64,000 bases of DNA from Octopus sinensis (lineage: Eukaryota). Under the pieces are notes generated by a model, which was given only the letters and a program-made list of their open reading frames with translations, did not search any database and was not told the origin of the DNA. The stretch is from contig NC_042997.1 in assembly GCF_006345805.1 (NCBI RefSeq), forward strand, positions 113,274,001 to 113,338,000, read 5' to 3'. Position 1 is the first letter of the stretch. The number at the start of each line of letters is the position of its first letter. This document shows positions 36,821-48,331 of the stretch, piece by piece. The position numbers were made by a program, and so were the translations under genes.

Positions 36821-37450
36821 ATATATATATTTATATATATATGTATGTATGTATATGTATGTATGTATGTATGTATGTTACTGACTTTTAATTGTGTCAA
36901 GAGTGGAAAGGGCAAGAGAATGTCTATGTTCGTTTGCAGGCCCCCACTTCACCAAAACAGAAACTAGTAAAAGCATGATGTTTCCTGCCAGGCCATGCGT
37001 GTTCGTCAGTGGTGGTTATGATTCATGCTTTTTACAGATTTGTATGTTTATTTATTTATTTATTTGTATGACAATAACGTTGTATAGAACTGAGATGGAA
37101 ACCAAGGAATTAAGAATTATACTGATGCAGATGTTGAAGTAAACTCATTTTGGTAGTCAAGGAATGTGGCTGTCTTCCTAATTATAACTTGTACAACTGG
37201 AATGGTTATAAAAATATTTCTGCAAAAGAAATCAAGAAACATTGGGATTTGAAAATATTGTTAAAGTATAATCTTTCCGTTGCATTTGTAAGACGACATT
37301 CAAGGTTAACATTTTTGTTAACCTTCCGCCTCTTTCTTGACCTTCTCTCTGTTGTACCCTCTGTACTCTACCTTTGTACTCTGTCTCTGTAATGTATCCT
37401 CTTCAAGGTTGTACATAATTATGATGTCAAGAAGGAGAAATATTTCTCAT

Positions 37451-37496
<46 letters not shown>

Positions 37497-37934
37497 GTAA
37501 TAATAAATATAATTGTAATGATAATAATTTTTGTATTATTGGCACAAGGCCTGAAATTTTGGGAGAGGATCTGGGCCAATTGTATCGACCTCAGTGCCCA
37601 ACTGATCCTTATTTTATTGACCCCAAAAGGATGAAAAACAAAGTTGACCATGACAGTACTGGAGCTCAGAATGCTATAATGATAATAATAATAATAATGA
37701 TAAGATTAATAATAATAATGATTTCAAATTTTTGCCACAAGGGCAGCTTGTGGAAGGGGATTAAGTCGATTACATTGACCCCAGTGTTTCACTGGCACTT
37801 AATTTATTGACCCCGAAAGGATGAAAGAAAAGCTGACCATGGCAAATTTTGAACTCAGAATGTAATGGCGAGTGAAATACCGCTAAGCATTCCGTCCAGC
37901 ATGCTAACGATTCTGCCAGCTTGCCGCCTTAATA

Positions 37935-38354
37935 ATAATAATATCTTGAGAAGTATATGGAACAAATAGGGGCTGCAAAACTGCAATAATGGCAGAGCAC
38001 TTGCAGAAAACAGCACTGCTTGGAACTGCTAGAATACTCCAGAAGGTGCTCGAAAAATAAGGGGTGTTACCTTAGTTCACTGGTAGTGAACAGCTAACAC
38101 CATAGTACATCTCCTGCGTTAGAAGCTGTGCAAAGGCAATGATGATGATGATGATGATGATAATAATAATGATGATGATGGTGATGATAATGATAATAAT
38201 GATAATAAAGTTTAGTGGTTGTGGTTGATGAAAAAGGTAGCAGTAGTACCAATAATTGTCTGAGCCCTGGGAACAGTGAGTAAAATTCTCGAGAAGAATG
38301 TGGAACAAATAGGGGCTGCAATAAGGGTGGAAAACAGCACTGCTTGGAACTGGA

Positions 38355-38409
<55 letters not shown>

Positions 38410-38560
38410 TGCACTGCATCTGTAATTGAATTGATGAAACCATTGCTCATGTCACAAATGAATGCCCTAGACTTGCCCAAACCCACTACAAGTTTTGACA
38501 ACATGATGAGGTAGCGAAAGTGTGACATTGGAAACTGTGCAAAAAGTGGGGTCTAGAGAA
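37935..38560. mobile_element. cluster of R4/Dong-type RLE fragments separated by (AAT)/(GAT) tracts
   Basis: 37935-38145(+) is the ORF end (LQKTALLGTARILQKVLEK*) plus 3'UTR. 38210-38355 is an inverted copy. 38410-38560(+) is the zinc-knuckle region (ETIAHVTNECPRLAQTHYK..HDEVA..WKLCKKW). Confidence 0.8.
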
Positions 38561-38640
38561 CCGGAACAAACACTACAAAGCATTTCTTTTCAACACTTTA
38601 ACAATTCTGCTAATCAAATACTGAGTAGTGGTGGTGGTGG

Positions 38641-38672
<32 letters not shown>

Positions 38673-38689
38673 GTGATGGTGATGACGAT

Positions 38690-38990
38690 GATCATAATGA
38701 TACACACACACAAGCACATACACACATATACATGCACACAAACACACATACACACACATAAACATGCACACAAACACATATACACACAAACATGCACACA
38801 AATATACACACTCACAAACACACACACACATACACAGAATGCATACACACACACAAACACATACACACATACACACATACATATGCACAGAAACACATAC
38901 ACACACAAACACATACACACACATACACATGCACACAAACATGCACTCACACAAACACACACCAACACATACACATACATATGCACACAA

Positions 38991-39065
<75 letters not shown>
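38690..39065. repeat. (CA)-rich microsatellite block
   Basis: Degenerate, then pure, (CA)n. Confidence 0.95.
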
Positions 39066-40577
39066 AGAGTTTCATTTTTGCAGCCTGCTCAGACGATTTC
39101 TTTCTCAACACTTTCATTAATTCAATGTTTAGTATAAGAAACATGAAGAATCTTTCATCACCATCGTCATTTAACATCCATTTTCCATACTGGTATGTGC
39201 TGGATAGTTCAACTGGAGCTGGCAAGGCTGGAGAGCTGCATCAGGCTCCAAGTGTCTGCTTTGGCATGGTTTCTATGGCTGATGACCTCCCTAATGCCAA
39301 CCACTCCTTGGATTGGACTGGGTGCATTTTACATGGCACCAACACAGGTACTTTTCATGTGGTACCAGTACAAGTGCTTTTTACCTGGCATCAACACCAA
39401 CATGGCCATCATACTTCTTCACTTTCATAATACTTCAGTGATTCTTCACCAAATAGCATCGAAGAAGCTAATTTCTTTACAACAACCATGATTAGCACAC
39501 ATAGGGTACATCACCATCATCGTTTAACGTCCATTTTCCATACTGGCATGGGTTGGATGGTCTGACTGGTAACTGGCAAGCCAGGAGGCCACATCAGGCT
39601 CCAATCCGATCTGGTAATGTTTCTACAGTTGGATGCCCTTCCTGATGCCAACCACTCCAAGAGTGTAGTGGGTGCTTTTACATGCTAACAGCACGAGGTC
39701 CAGTCAGGCAGCACTGGCAATGACCATGCTTGAATGGTGCTTTTTAAGTGCCACCAGCACGGGACCAGTCAGGCAGCATTGACATAGTGCTTTTTACATG
39801 CCACCAGCATGAGAGTCAGCCAGGTAAGCACTGGCAATGACCACACTCAAATGGTGCTTTTTATATGTGACTGGTACAGGAGCCAGTCAGGTGGTATTGG
39901 CAACGACCTCACTCGAATGGTGCTTTTTATGTGCCACCAGCACGGAACCAGTCAACCGGCACTGGCATTTACCACGCTTGAATTGTGCTTTTTAGGTTCT
40001 ATCAAAGAAGCTAATTTCTTTACAACAACCATGATTATTACCCATAGAGTACAGTTAAAATATTTATTGCTCTTTAGTATAAAAATTTTAGCATTCTATT
40101 TTAAGCATCCAATCGTCTTTCACTCGTTGACATGCAGTATTTTCTCTTTGACTTCTCCTTGTTTCTGTATTTATTTACAATGCCAATAGTTCATCAATAT
40201 ATGCATAGAAATACACCACAGTTCCAGTGACAACACATCAAGATCTCTGCAATTTTTGCTTCTGCGTCACTACATATCCTCTATGGTATGTCTCCAAGGT
40301 ACTTCCTTGCCAAACGTGTGTGATAATTCCTCAAAGTGAGAAATTCAGAATTTCTTTGATGCTGATATTTTTTTTTGTCATTTCTTTTCTTGTTTTCCTT
40401 CTCTATTTCTTTCTAACTTTCAGCACTCCAGAAATAATATTAATCATGCTTTTTCTATTTCATACGAATAATTGTACACCATTGTTAATGAAATAAGACT
40501 GCTAGAAGGCATAGACTAAAAATTTCTGACTTGAAAAAGCAACAATCATCATCATCATCATAATGATGATGATGATG

Positions 40578-40626
<49 letters not shown>

Positions 40627-40628
<2 letters not shown>

Positions 40629-41182
40629 GCCCTGATGCAGTACCAGGCAGTGGCTCTCATGGCTTCTGATCTTAACTGATTGGAAGTGTTATCATGTACA
40701 TTGTTTTGTCTTGGTATAAAAGATGGGCTACAGCAAATATTCTGCTCAATACCACAGATTTGCTTGTCAGTTGTTTGACCTTAACCAGTTGAGCATGTCC
40801 CTTAGTGGCTGACGATATGTGCATCTCTGATCACGAGCAGAAGTAGTGGGGGAGCATCATAGCCATGTGTTGAGAGGGATTCTTTGGGGTTTGAATAGTT
40901 CACCTCTGGAAACATGGGTGGTTCTTTCAACATCCTTAAACAACCCTTATTCAGGGACCGTTTGAGCGGGATGGGCTACTCAACCTGAAGAAAATTCTAA
41001 CTGGGCCCCACCTGCAAGGTCATGTGCTGTTTATCTTGATATGAGATCGCCATGTCGCGCACATATGGTTGTGATGCATGTGCCTGGTGTACCTTTATCA
41101 GACGGGTAGTCATGATGGGTATATTGGGCTTCATATATTTTACCCCAGTGTCACTTTGATGGCATGAACTGCTCTCTCACTC
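40627..41182 (+). mobile_element. 556-bp non-coding interspersed element, young copy 2, within (AAT)n
   Basis: atgccctgatgcagtacc...gctctctcactc with (AAT)n on both sides. About 99.5% identical to 11675-12230. Confidence 0.9.
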
Positions 41183-41194
41183 AATAATAATAAT

Positions 41195-41765
41195 AATAAT
41201 GATGATAATAATAAAATAATAATGAAATTATTGTATACAGTGCTCAGGTGCACCACAACTTGTCAAAAGTGCATATAAAGCTTATGCAGTAATGTACAAA
41301 TGTCTGGAAAGCAAACAATGTATGAATCAGATACAAGCTTGTGTGTGTATGGAGGGGAGAAAATAAGGTGTATGCTTAGGAAGCATGGAAGTTTTGAAGG
41401 ATGCAGTGCTCCAACAACTAACAACTGATGCCGGCAGTTTGTTCCATGCTTCAGCAACTCTTAGCGTGAAAAAATGTTTCTGAAAGTCATGGGAGCTGTG
41501 CTGTTTTCTGACTTTGTAAACATGTCCACAGGTGTTAGACAGATGGAGTTTGAAAAAGTGCTCAGAGTTATTGTTAGTAAGATGGTTAATAATTTTTGGG
41601 GTGTCTGCTGCCACATGTTGGAGTTTCAATGTATATATGCCCATGGAAGTAAGGCATTCAGAATATGGCAAATGCCTGATGGAGGGTATTCTAATGGTTG
41701 CATGTTGCTGAACAGTTTCCAGACGATTAATATCATGGGCAAGATAGGGGTTCCAGACTGGTGAT
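41195..41765 (-). mobile_element. CR1/L2-type LINE 3' end
   Basis: ORF 41327-41671 contains HFFTLRVAEAWNKLPASVVS. Homologous to 9545-10830. Confidence 0.85.
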
Positions 41766-41885
41766 GCAAATTATAATTAATAATTAGGGGTGTTCCCTTA
41801 GTTCACTAGTAGTGATCAGCTGACACTGTAGTACATCTCCAGTGTTAGAAGCTGTGCAAAGGCAATGATAATGATGATGATGATG

Positions 41886-41937
<52 letters not shown>

Positions 41938-41954
41938 TAATAATAAAAATAATA

Positions 41955-42422
41955 ATTAACTGATTGAAAGTGTTATCATGTACATTGTTTTGTCTTGGTA
42001 TAAAACATGGGCTACAGCAAATATTCTGCTCAATATGACAGATTTGCTTGTCAGTTGTTTGACCTTAACCAGTTGACCATGTTCCTTAGTGGCTGACAAT
42101 ATGTGCATATCTGATCACGAGCAGAAGTAGTGGGGGATCATCATAGCTGTGTGTTGAAAGGAATTCTTGGAGGTTTGGATAATTCACTACTAAAAAAGTA
42201 GACTGAGCAGGATGGGTTACTCGACCAGAAGAAAATTCTAACTGGGCCCCACCTGCAAGGTCATGCAGTGTTTATCTTGATATGAGATCACCATATCATG
42301 CACATATGGTTGTGATGCATTTGCCTGATGTACCCTTATCTGACGGGTAGTCATGTTGGGTATACTGGGCTTTGTATATTTTACCCTATTGTTACTTTGA
42401 TGGCATGCACTGCTCTCTCATA
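41955..42422 (+). mobile_element. older, 5'-truncated copy of the 556-bp element
   Basis: Colinear with 40673-41182 with many substitutions; (AAT)n flanks. Confidence 0.85.
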
Positions 42423-43265
42423 ATAATAATAATAATAATAATGGTTTCAAATTTTTGCATAAGGTCAGCAATTTCTGGGATGGAGTAAGTAAATTACATC
42501 GACCCCGGTGTTTAACTGGTACTTATTTTATCGACTTTGAGAAAATGAAAGCAAAGTGGTTCTTGGTGGAATTTGAACTCAGAATATAACGACAAACAAA
42601 ATGTTGCTAAGCACTTTACCTGGTGTACTAACAATACTGCTGACAATAACTGTTTCATATTTTGACACAAGGCCAGCAAGGTTAGAGTCAATCACATCAA
42701 GCCTAGCATTTGACTGGTACTTTTATTTTATCAACCCTGGAAGGGTGAAAGGCACAGTCTGCCTCAGTGGAATTTGAACTCAAAACATAACGAGTCAGAA
42801 GAAATGCTGTTAAGCATTTTGTCAGATATGCTAACAATTCTGCCAGCTTGCCGCCATAATAATAATAATGGTAATAATATAATAATAATGATAATAATAA
42901 TTATAATTATAATAATAATCATAATAAAGAGAAGGCGATGAGCTGGCAGAATTGTTAGCACACCAGGTGAAATTCTTAGCGGTATTTCATCTGTCTTTAC
43001 GTTCTGAGTTCAAATTCTGCTGAGGTCAACTTTGCCTGTCATCCTTTCAGGATCAATAAATTAAGTGCCAGTTGCATACTGGGGTCGATCTAATCAACTG
43101 GCTCTCTCCCCCAAAATTTTGGGCCTTGTGCCTAGAGTAGGAAAGATTATATATTTGTTTGACCACATGTATATATATTTATACATACGTATGTATGTAT
43201 ATATTTATGAATATATAGAGAAAAAAGTCACGATAGAAAATACTAAAATAATTTTATAAAAAACA

Positions 43266-43307
43266 TTTCAGTACCGGTTTCAGTCATTGAGACTTTTTCA
43301 ACTGAAA
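43266..43307 (-). ncRNA. minimal type I hammerhead ribozyme, U3-A8 core variant
   Basis: Minus strand: TTTCAG (43307-302) TTGAAAA AGTC TCAAT GACT GAAA CCGG T A CTGAAA (43271-266). Perfect 6-bp stem I, perfect 4-bp stem II, palindromic CCGG loop, GUA cleavage triplet. Confidence 0.85.
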
Positions 43308-43499
43308 GCATGGAAAACAATTAAATTTCGGAAAAATTAAAAGAAAAATTTTTCGAAAAGAATATTTGCATACATTATGAATGTATATATGCTTTATGTA
43401 TTCTTTTAGTCTTTTACTTGTTTCAGTCATTTAATTGACTGCGCCCCCACCCCACTCCCTGCCAAAAATTTCAGGCCTTGTGCCTAGAATAGAAAAGAA

Positions 43500-44535
43500 T
43501 AATGATAATAAAGAGAGCAAATGGAGGAAAGGGACTGATAAGTATGGAAGGCTGTGTGCATATCGAACTTGAGAGCTTAATGAGATACCTTAGTCAAAGT
43601 AAGGAAACCTTGCTAGTGAGTCAGGAACAAGGGGGTATTGGGAGCAGAGAAAAAAAGGGAAAGCAAAGAAAGAAGTACAAAAAGGACATGAAGAAGAATT
43701 ACGCAACAAGGGACCATACAATCAATTTCATGTAGCCACAACAGAAGTTGCTGGAAAAATAGGTGGGACTAGTTGATGAAAGGAACCCTAAAAAAGTAGA
43801 CTGAGAGCAATATACTGGTGGCGCAAGACCAAGTTTTGGCCACCAACTGGAGGGTCAGCCTTAGAAATGAGCAAGTGTCTCTTTTGTGTTGCATCTGAAA
43901 CCATTGCTTATATCATGAACTAATGCCCTCAACTTGCCCCAAACTACTACAAGTTATGGTGGCACTATCAGGTAGCGCAAGTGCTACATTCAAAACTGTG
44001 CAAAAAGATGGGAATATAGAGAGAGGCAAGATATGGTATGAGCACAAACCACAGAGAGTGGTGGAGTCAGAGACTAGCAAAATCCTCTGGGATTTCCCAA
44101 TCCAAACAGATCAGGGACTAGAGCATAACAGACCAGACTTTGTGGTGGTATACAAGGTGCACCACATGTGCCATATAGATGACATTGCATGCCCCTTTGA
44201 CCCACAAATAGGCAAGAAGAAAAGTGAAAAAATAGATAATTACAACCCTCTTAAGTATGAAATATCTCGGCTATGGAAAATGAAGAAGGTGAAGATAGTG
44301 CCAATTATTGTTGGGTCCTTGGGAACAGTATCAGAAGGCATCAAGAGGAATATAAAGGAAATTGGAATAGAGTGCCCAGTAGAACTGTTACAAAAGGTTT
44401 GCCTCTTTGGCACAGCCAGGATAATCAGGAAAGTATCAGATAGCTGAAAAGAATGAATACCATGGTACCGTAGGCTGCAGGTAGTAAGCCCACTACGCAT
44501 GCAAGACTCCAGGAGCTCAAACAAAACCAGTGATT
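43500..44535 (+). mobile_element. R4/Dong-type non-LTR retrotransposon 3' part (RT tail, zinc knuckle, restriction-like endonuclease), decayed
   Basis: RANGGKGLISMEGCV, then KILWDFPIQTDQGLEHNRPDFVVV..DIACPFD..EKIDNYNPLKYEISRLW..VPIIVGSLG (PD-(D/E)xK RLE). The 3' end runs into (AAT)n. Confidence 0.9.
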
Positions 44536-44600
44536 AATAATAATAATAATAATAATAATAATGATAATAATAATAATAATAATAATAAAAATAATAATAA

Positions 44601-44940
44601 AGGGTAAAGACCCCCTTCGGTCATGAATGACCATGGGATTGCACCTAGAAAGTTACCCTCCTAGACACAAGTCCGGGCAAGGTTGTTTATGGAAGGCTAG
44701 CAGTCGCCCATGCACACCAGCCTCCCCTCTCCACGCCACCAGTGTTATCCAAGGGAAAGACAAAGGTCGATACAGCTTGGCACCAGTGACGTCGCAACTC
44801 ATTTCTACAGCTGAGTGAACTGGAGCAACGTGAAATAAAGTGCTTTGCTCAAGAACACAACACGCAGCCCGGTCCGGGATTCGAGCTCACAACCTCACGA
44901 TCGTAAGCTCGACGCTCTAACCACTGAGCCATGCGCCTTC
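44601..44940 (-). mobile_element. tRNA-headed SINE with a CORE-like central domain
   Basis: Head ggcgcatggctcagtggttagagcgtcgagcttacgatcgtgaggttgtgagctcgaatcc, then gtgttcttgagcaaagcactttatttcacgttgctccagttcactcagctgtagaaatgag. Relatives at about 7590-7815 and 51660-52000. Confidence 0.8.
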
Positions 44941-44946
44941 ACTAAA

Positions 44947-44980
<34 letters not shown>

Positions 44981-45244
44981 GTAATAATAATGGTTTCAAA
45001 TTTTGGCACAAAGCCAGCAATTTTTTTAGCAGAGTAGGGTCAGTTGATTATATCAACTTCAGTACTCAATTGGTACTTAATTTATTAGCCCTGAAAGGAT
45101 GAACGGCAAAACTGACTCAGCAAAATTTGAAATCAGAAAATAATGAGCCAGAAATGTTGCACAGTATTTTGTCTGGCATACTTATAATTTTATTGTTGCA
45201 GCAGCAGCAACAACAACTACTACAACAAGAAAAAGAGAATCATT

Positions 45245-45800
45245 GAGAAATGATACGGGATACAATTACCTAAGGGTATCGCAAGATGATAGAATAATGG
45301 AAAGAGAAATGAGAAAGAATATCTCCAGAGAGTACAGGAGAAGAATTCGGAAGGTGATTGTGACAAAACTGAAAGGAAAGAATATTTTCAAAGCAATGAA
45401 CACATGGACCATCTCAATATTCAAAAGAAGTGTTCTGCTGTAGGGATGAGTTAGAAGAACTGGAAAGCTGTTCACAGTGCACAATGTGTATCACCTAAAA
45501 GACTTTTCAATGCCAATATGATAGAAGAATGGATAGCAAAGAATTGAGGGAGCTGAGAAATAACAGGATGGAGCCAGAGATGTTAAGATATTGCGGAAGA
45601 CAAAGGTGATAATTGTTCCTGAGAGTGTCAGTGCCTTGAGCACAACACTTAAACTGCTCACTCGAAGCTGAGGAATATTGAAAATGAAACCCACATTGGC
45701 AACTTGCAGGAAAGTGCCATTCTGTTTTCTGCAAGAATCTTCAGAAAGGTTTTTGAAATTTGAGGAAACTTGTTGCCAACTGACCTCAAGGAAACTACCC
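45245..45800 (+). mobile_element. internally deleted R4/Dong-type fragment
   Basis: GYNYLRVSQDDRIMEREMRKNISREYRRRIRKV..KLKGKNIFKAMNTW, followed by the ORF end (LQESAILFSARIFRKVFEI*). Confidence 0.75.
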
Positions 45801-47138
45801 TACTAACTAAAGTAGGTTTAGTTTACCCTTTCCTCATTAATAATGGTTTTAGATTTAGGGCGAGCTGGCGGAAACGTTAGCATGCTGGGCAAAATACTTA
45901 GCAGTATTTTGTCTGCCGCTACGTTCTGAGTTCAAATTCTGCCGAGGTTGACTTTGCCTTTCATCCTTTTGGAGTTGATTAACTAAGTACCAGTTATGCA
46001 CTGGGGTCAATATAATCGACTTAATCCTTTTGTCTGTCCTTGTTTGTCACTTCTGTGTTTAGCCCCTTGTGGGTAGTAAAGAAATAGATTTAGTTTGTTA
46101 TGATAAAAAAACATTGAAGTCTGTTTGAGATTTTTAATGGAAAAAATATTTATTTTTATCGTAAACAAAAAAGGTTGCTGTTACTATGATTGACAAACAG
46201 CAAAACAATTTGAAGCTTATCATTTTTGGTCTCAGTATCATAGTAGTTGGTGTTGTGATGTTAGCTGATCATTGTGTGTTGCTGTCATCATCCTCCATTC
46301 TCTTTGTGGTGTCACAGCACTCTGGTCTGCTGCTGGTTCTGCTACTGTCTGCTGATTGCCATTTCTGTGTCCATCTGCTGTCTTTTGTCCTGTCTGCTGT
46401 CTCCCATTTGACGGTAGTGGCTTAAATGCACTGAATATATAGTGGTGGTCTTGTTCAGAAAAAGTACACCAAAGATGAAATTGTTATTATGTCCAATTCC
46501 ATGCAAATTCTTGAATGATCAGATTCTTTTATGACATTTGTAATATTCTAGAAAATTAAAATTGTAATTTTGAGGGGTTTTTTTTTGTTTGTTTTTTGCA
46601 TTGGATATAGTGATCTGGATTTGATTTTTAAGTTAAAAATTCCTGCTACAAGGTACAAGACCAGCAATGTTGACAGAAAGGGATTAGCCAATATTATCAG
46701 CCTCAGTATCTAATTAGTCCTTTATTTGAATGACCCCTAAAAGATAAAAAGCCAAGTTGACCTCATTTGGATTTGAACTCAGAATGTAAAGAATTAGAAC
46801 AAATACTGAGAAACGTTTTTTCTGGCATCCTGAAGAATCTACTATCTTGTCAACTCCCTCCTTTTTATGAATGAGAATATAAAATGCAGTTAGCATCTAA
46901 TTCTTCTTTCTTTGCCTTTGTGTTAATTGTAGAAATTTTAGAAGTTTAAAAATCATCTTAAAGTTCTCGTGGTTGTGTAGTAAGAAGTTTGCTTCCCAAC
47001 CACATGGTTCTGGGTTCAATCTCCCTGTGTGGCACCTTTGGGCAAGTGTCTTCTATTGTTCTACTATAAACTCAGGCTGACCAAAGACTTGTGGGTAAAT
47101 TTGGTAGACCGAAACTAAAAGAAGCCCATTGTGTTGTG

Positions 47139-47185
<47 letters not shown>

Positions 47186-47217
47186 CTTACCATCATCATC
47201 ATCATATGTATGTATAT

Positions 47218-47324
<107 letters not shown>

Positions 47325-48176
47325 TGTATGTATGTATGTATGTATGTATGTATGTATGTATGTATGTATGTATGTATGTAGATATATATAAGTGTGTGTG
47401 TGTGCGTCTTGTATCTGTGTTTGTCCCACTTCACCTCTTGACAACCAGTGTTGGTGTATTTATGTTCCTGTAACTTAGCAGTTCAACAAAAGACTTGGAT
47501 AGAATAAGTACCAGTTTTTAGAAAAAAATAAGCCCTGGGGTCGATTCATTTGACTTGAAATTTTCCAAGGCAGTGCCCCAGCATGGACACAGCCTAATGA
47601 CTAAAAACAAGTAAATGATAAAAGATGGCGGCACTTTGTCCCTTCCCTTCTACTTTATTCCCCACAACCCCCAACCTATGAGAAATACTGGCATCAAAAT
47701 TACCTTAATGAAACCCCTTATTGTAAATTAATTGCAGAGGTGTGGCATTTGGCCATCACACCAGCAACTCTAAGAAAACTTAGAATGCCTCTATTCATTC
47801 CACATAACAGCAAATTCTTCTGCCTCTCACGTTGCAGTCAAATATTCTGCTTCTTACTAATGAGATCTTTATCATCCCTGCCAGACACAATTATTACATA
47901 AACAGCCTCACGCTTCAGTCTTCCTTTTGATAAACAGTAAACACGTCTTAGACATTCGCTCTTCAAATGAGCAAAGCTTGGCAATTTCTGTTGCTGTTGT
48001 TGTTGATGATGATGATGTTTCCATCGTTGATGATGGTGTTTCTGTTATTGTTGTTTATTGTTGTTGCTGTGGTCATTGTTCTTGTTGATTTTGTTGTTCA
48101 TGTTGTTTTCATTGTTGTTGCTCTCATTGGTGTTGTTGTTGTCATAGTTTAGTTCTAGCTCAACCGTGGTTGAAAG

Positions 48177-48331
48177 TTCTATTGTGTCTGGGGAGAATCA
48201 TTTTCTTTTTGTGCCTTATTATGTAGCACACTCACCGGTAAAAATGTGAAGAAAAACGTGGAAATTTTACCGGTGAGTGTGTTATATAATAAGGCACAAA
48301 CAGAAAATGACTCTCCCCAGACACAATAGAA
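48177..48331. repeat. 155-bp foldback (67-bp arms, ~21-nt loop)
   Basis: ttctattgtgtctggggagaatcattttct..cacactcaccggtaaaa vs ttttaccggtgagtgtg..agaaaatgactctccccagacacaatagaa; about 4 mismatches. Confidence 0.9.

Noticed and set aside
44870-44940. tRNA gene (also heads at 6105-6175, 5273-5345, 6669-6760)
   Set aside because: The acceptor stem is incomplete, there is no terminator, and each continues into a SINE body.
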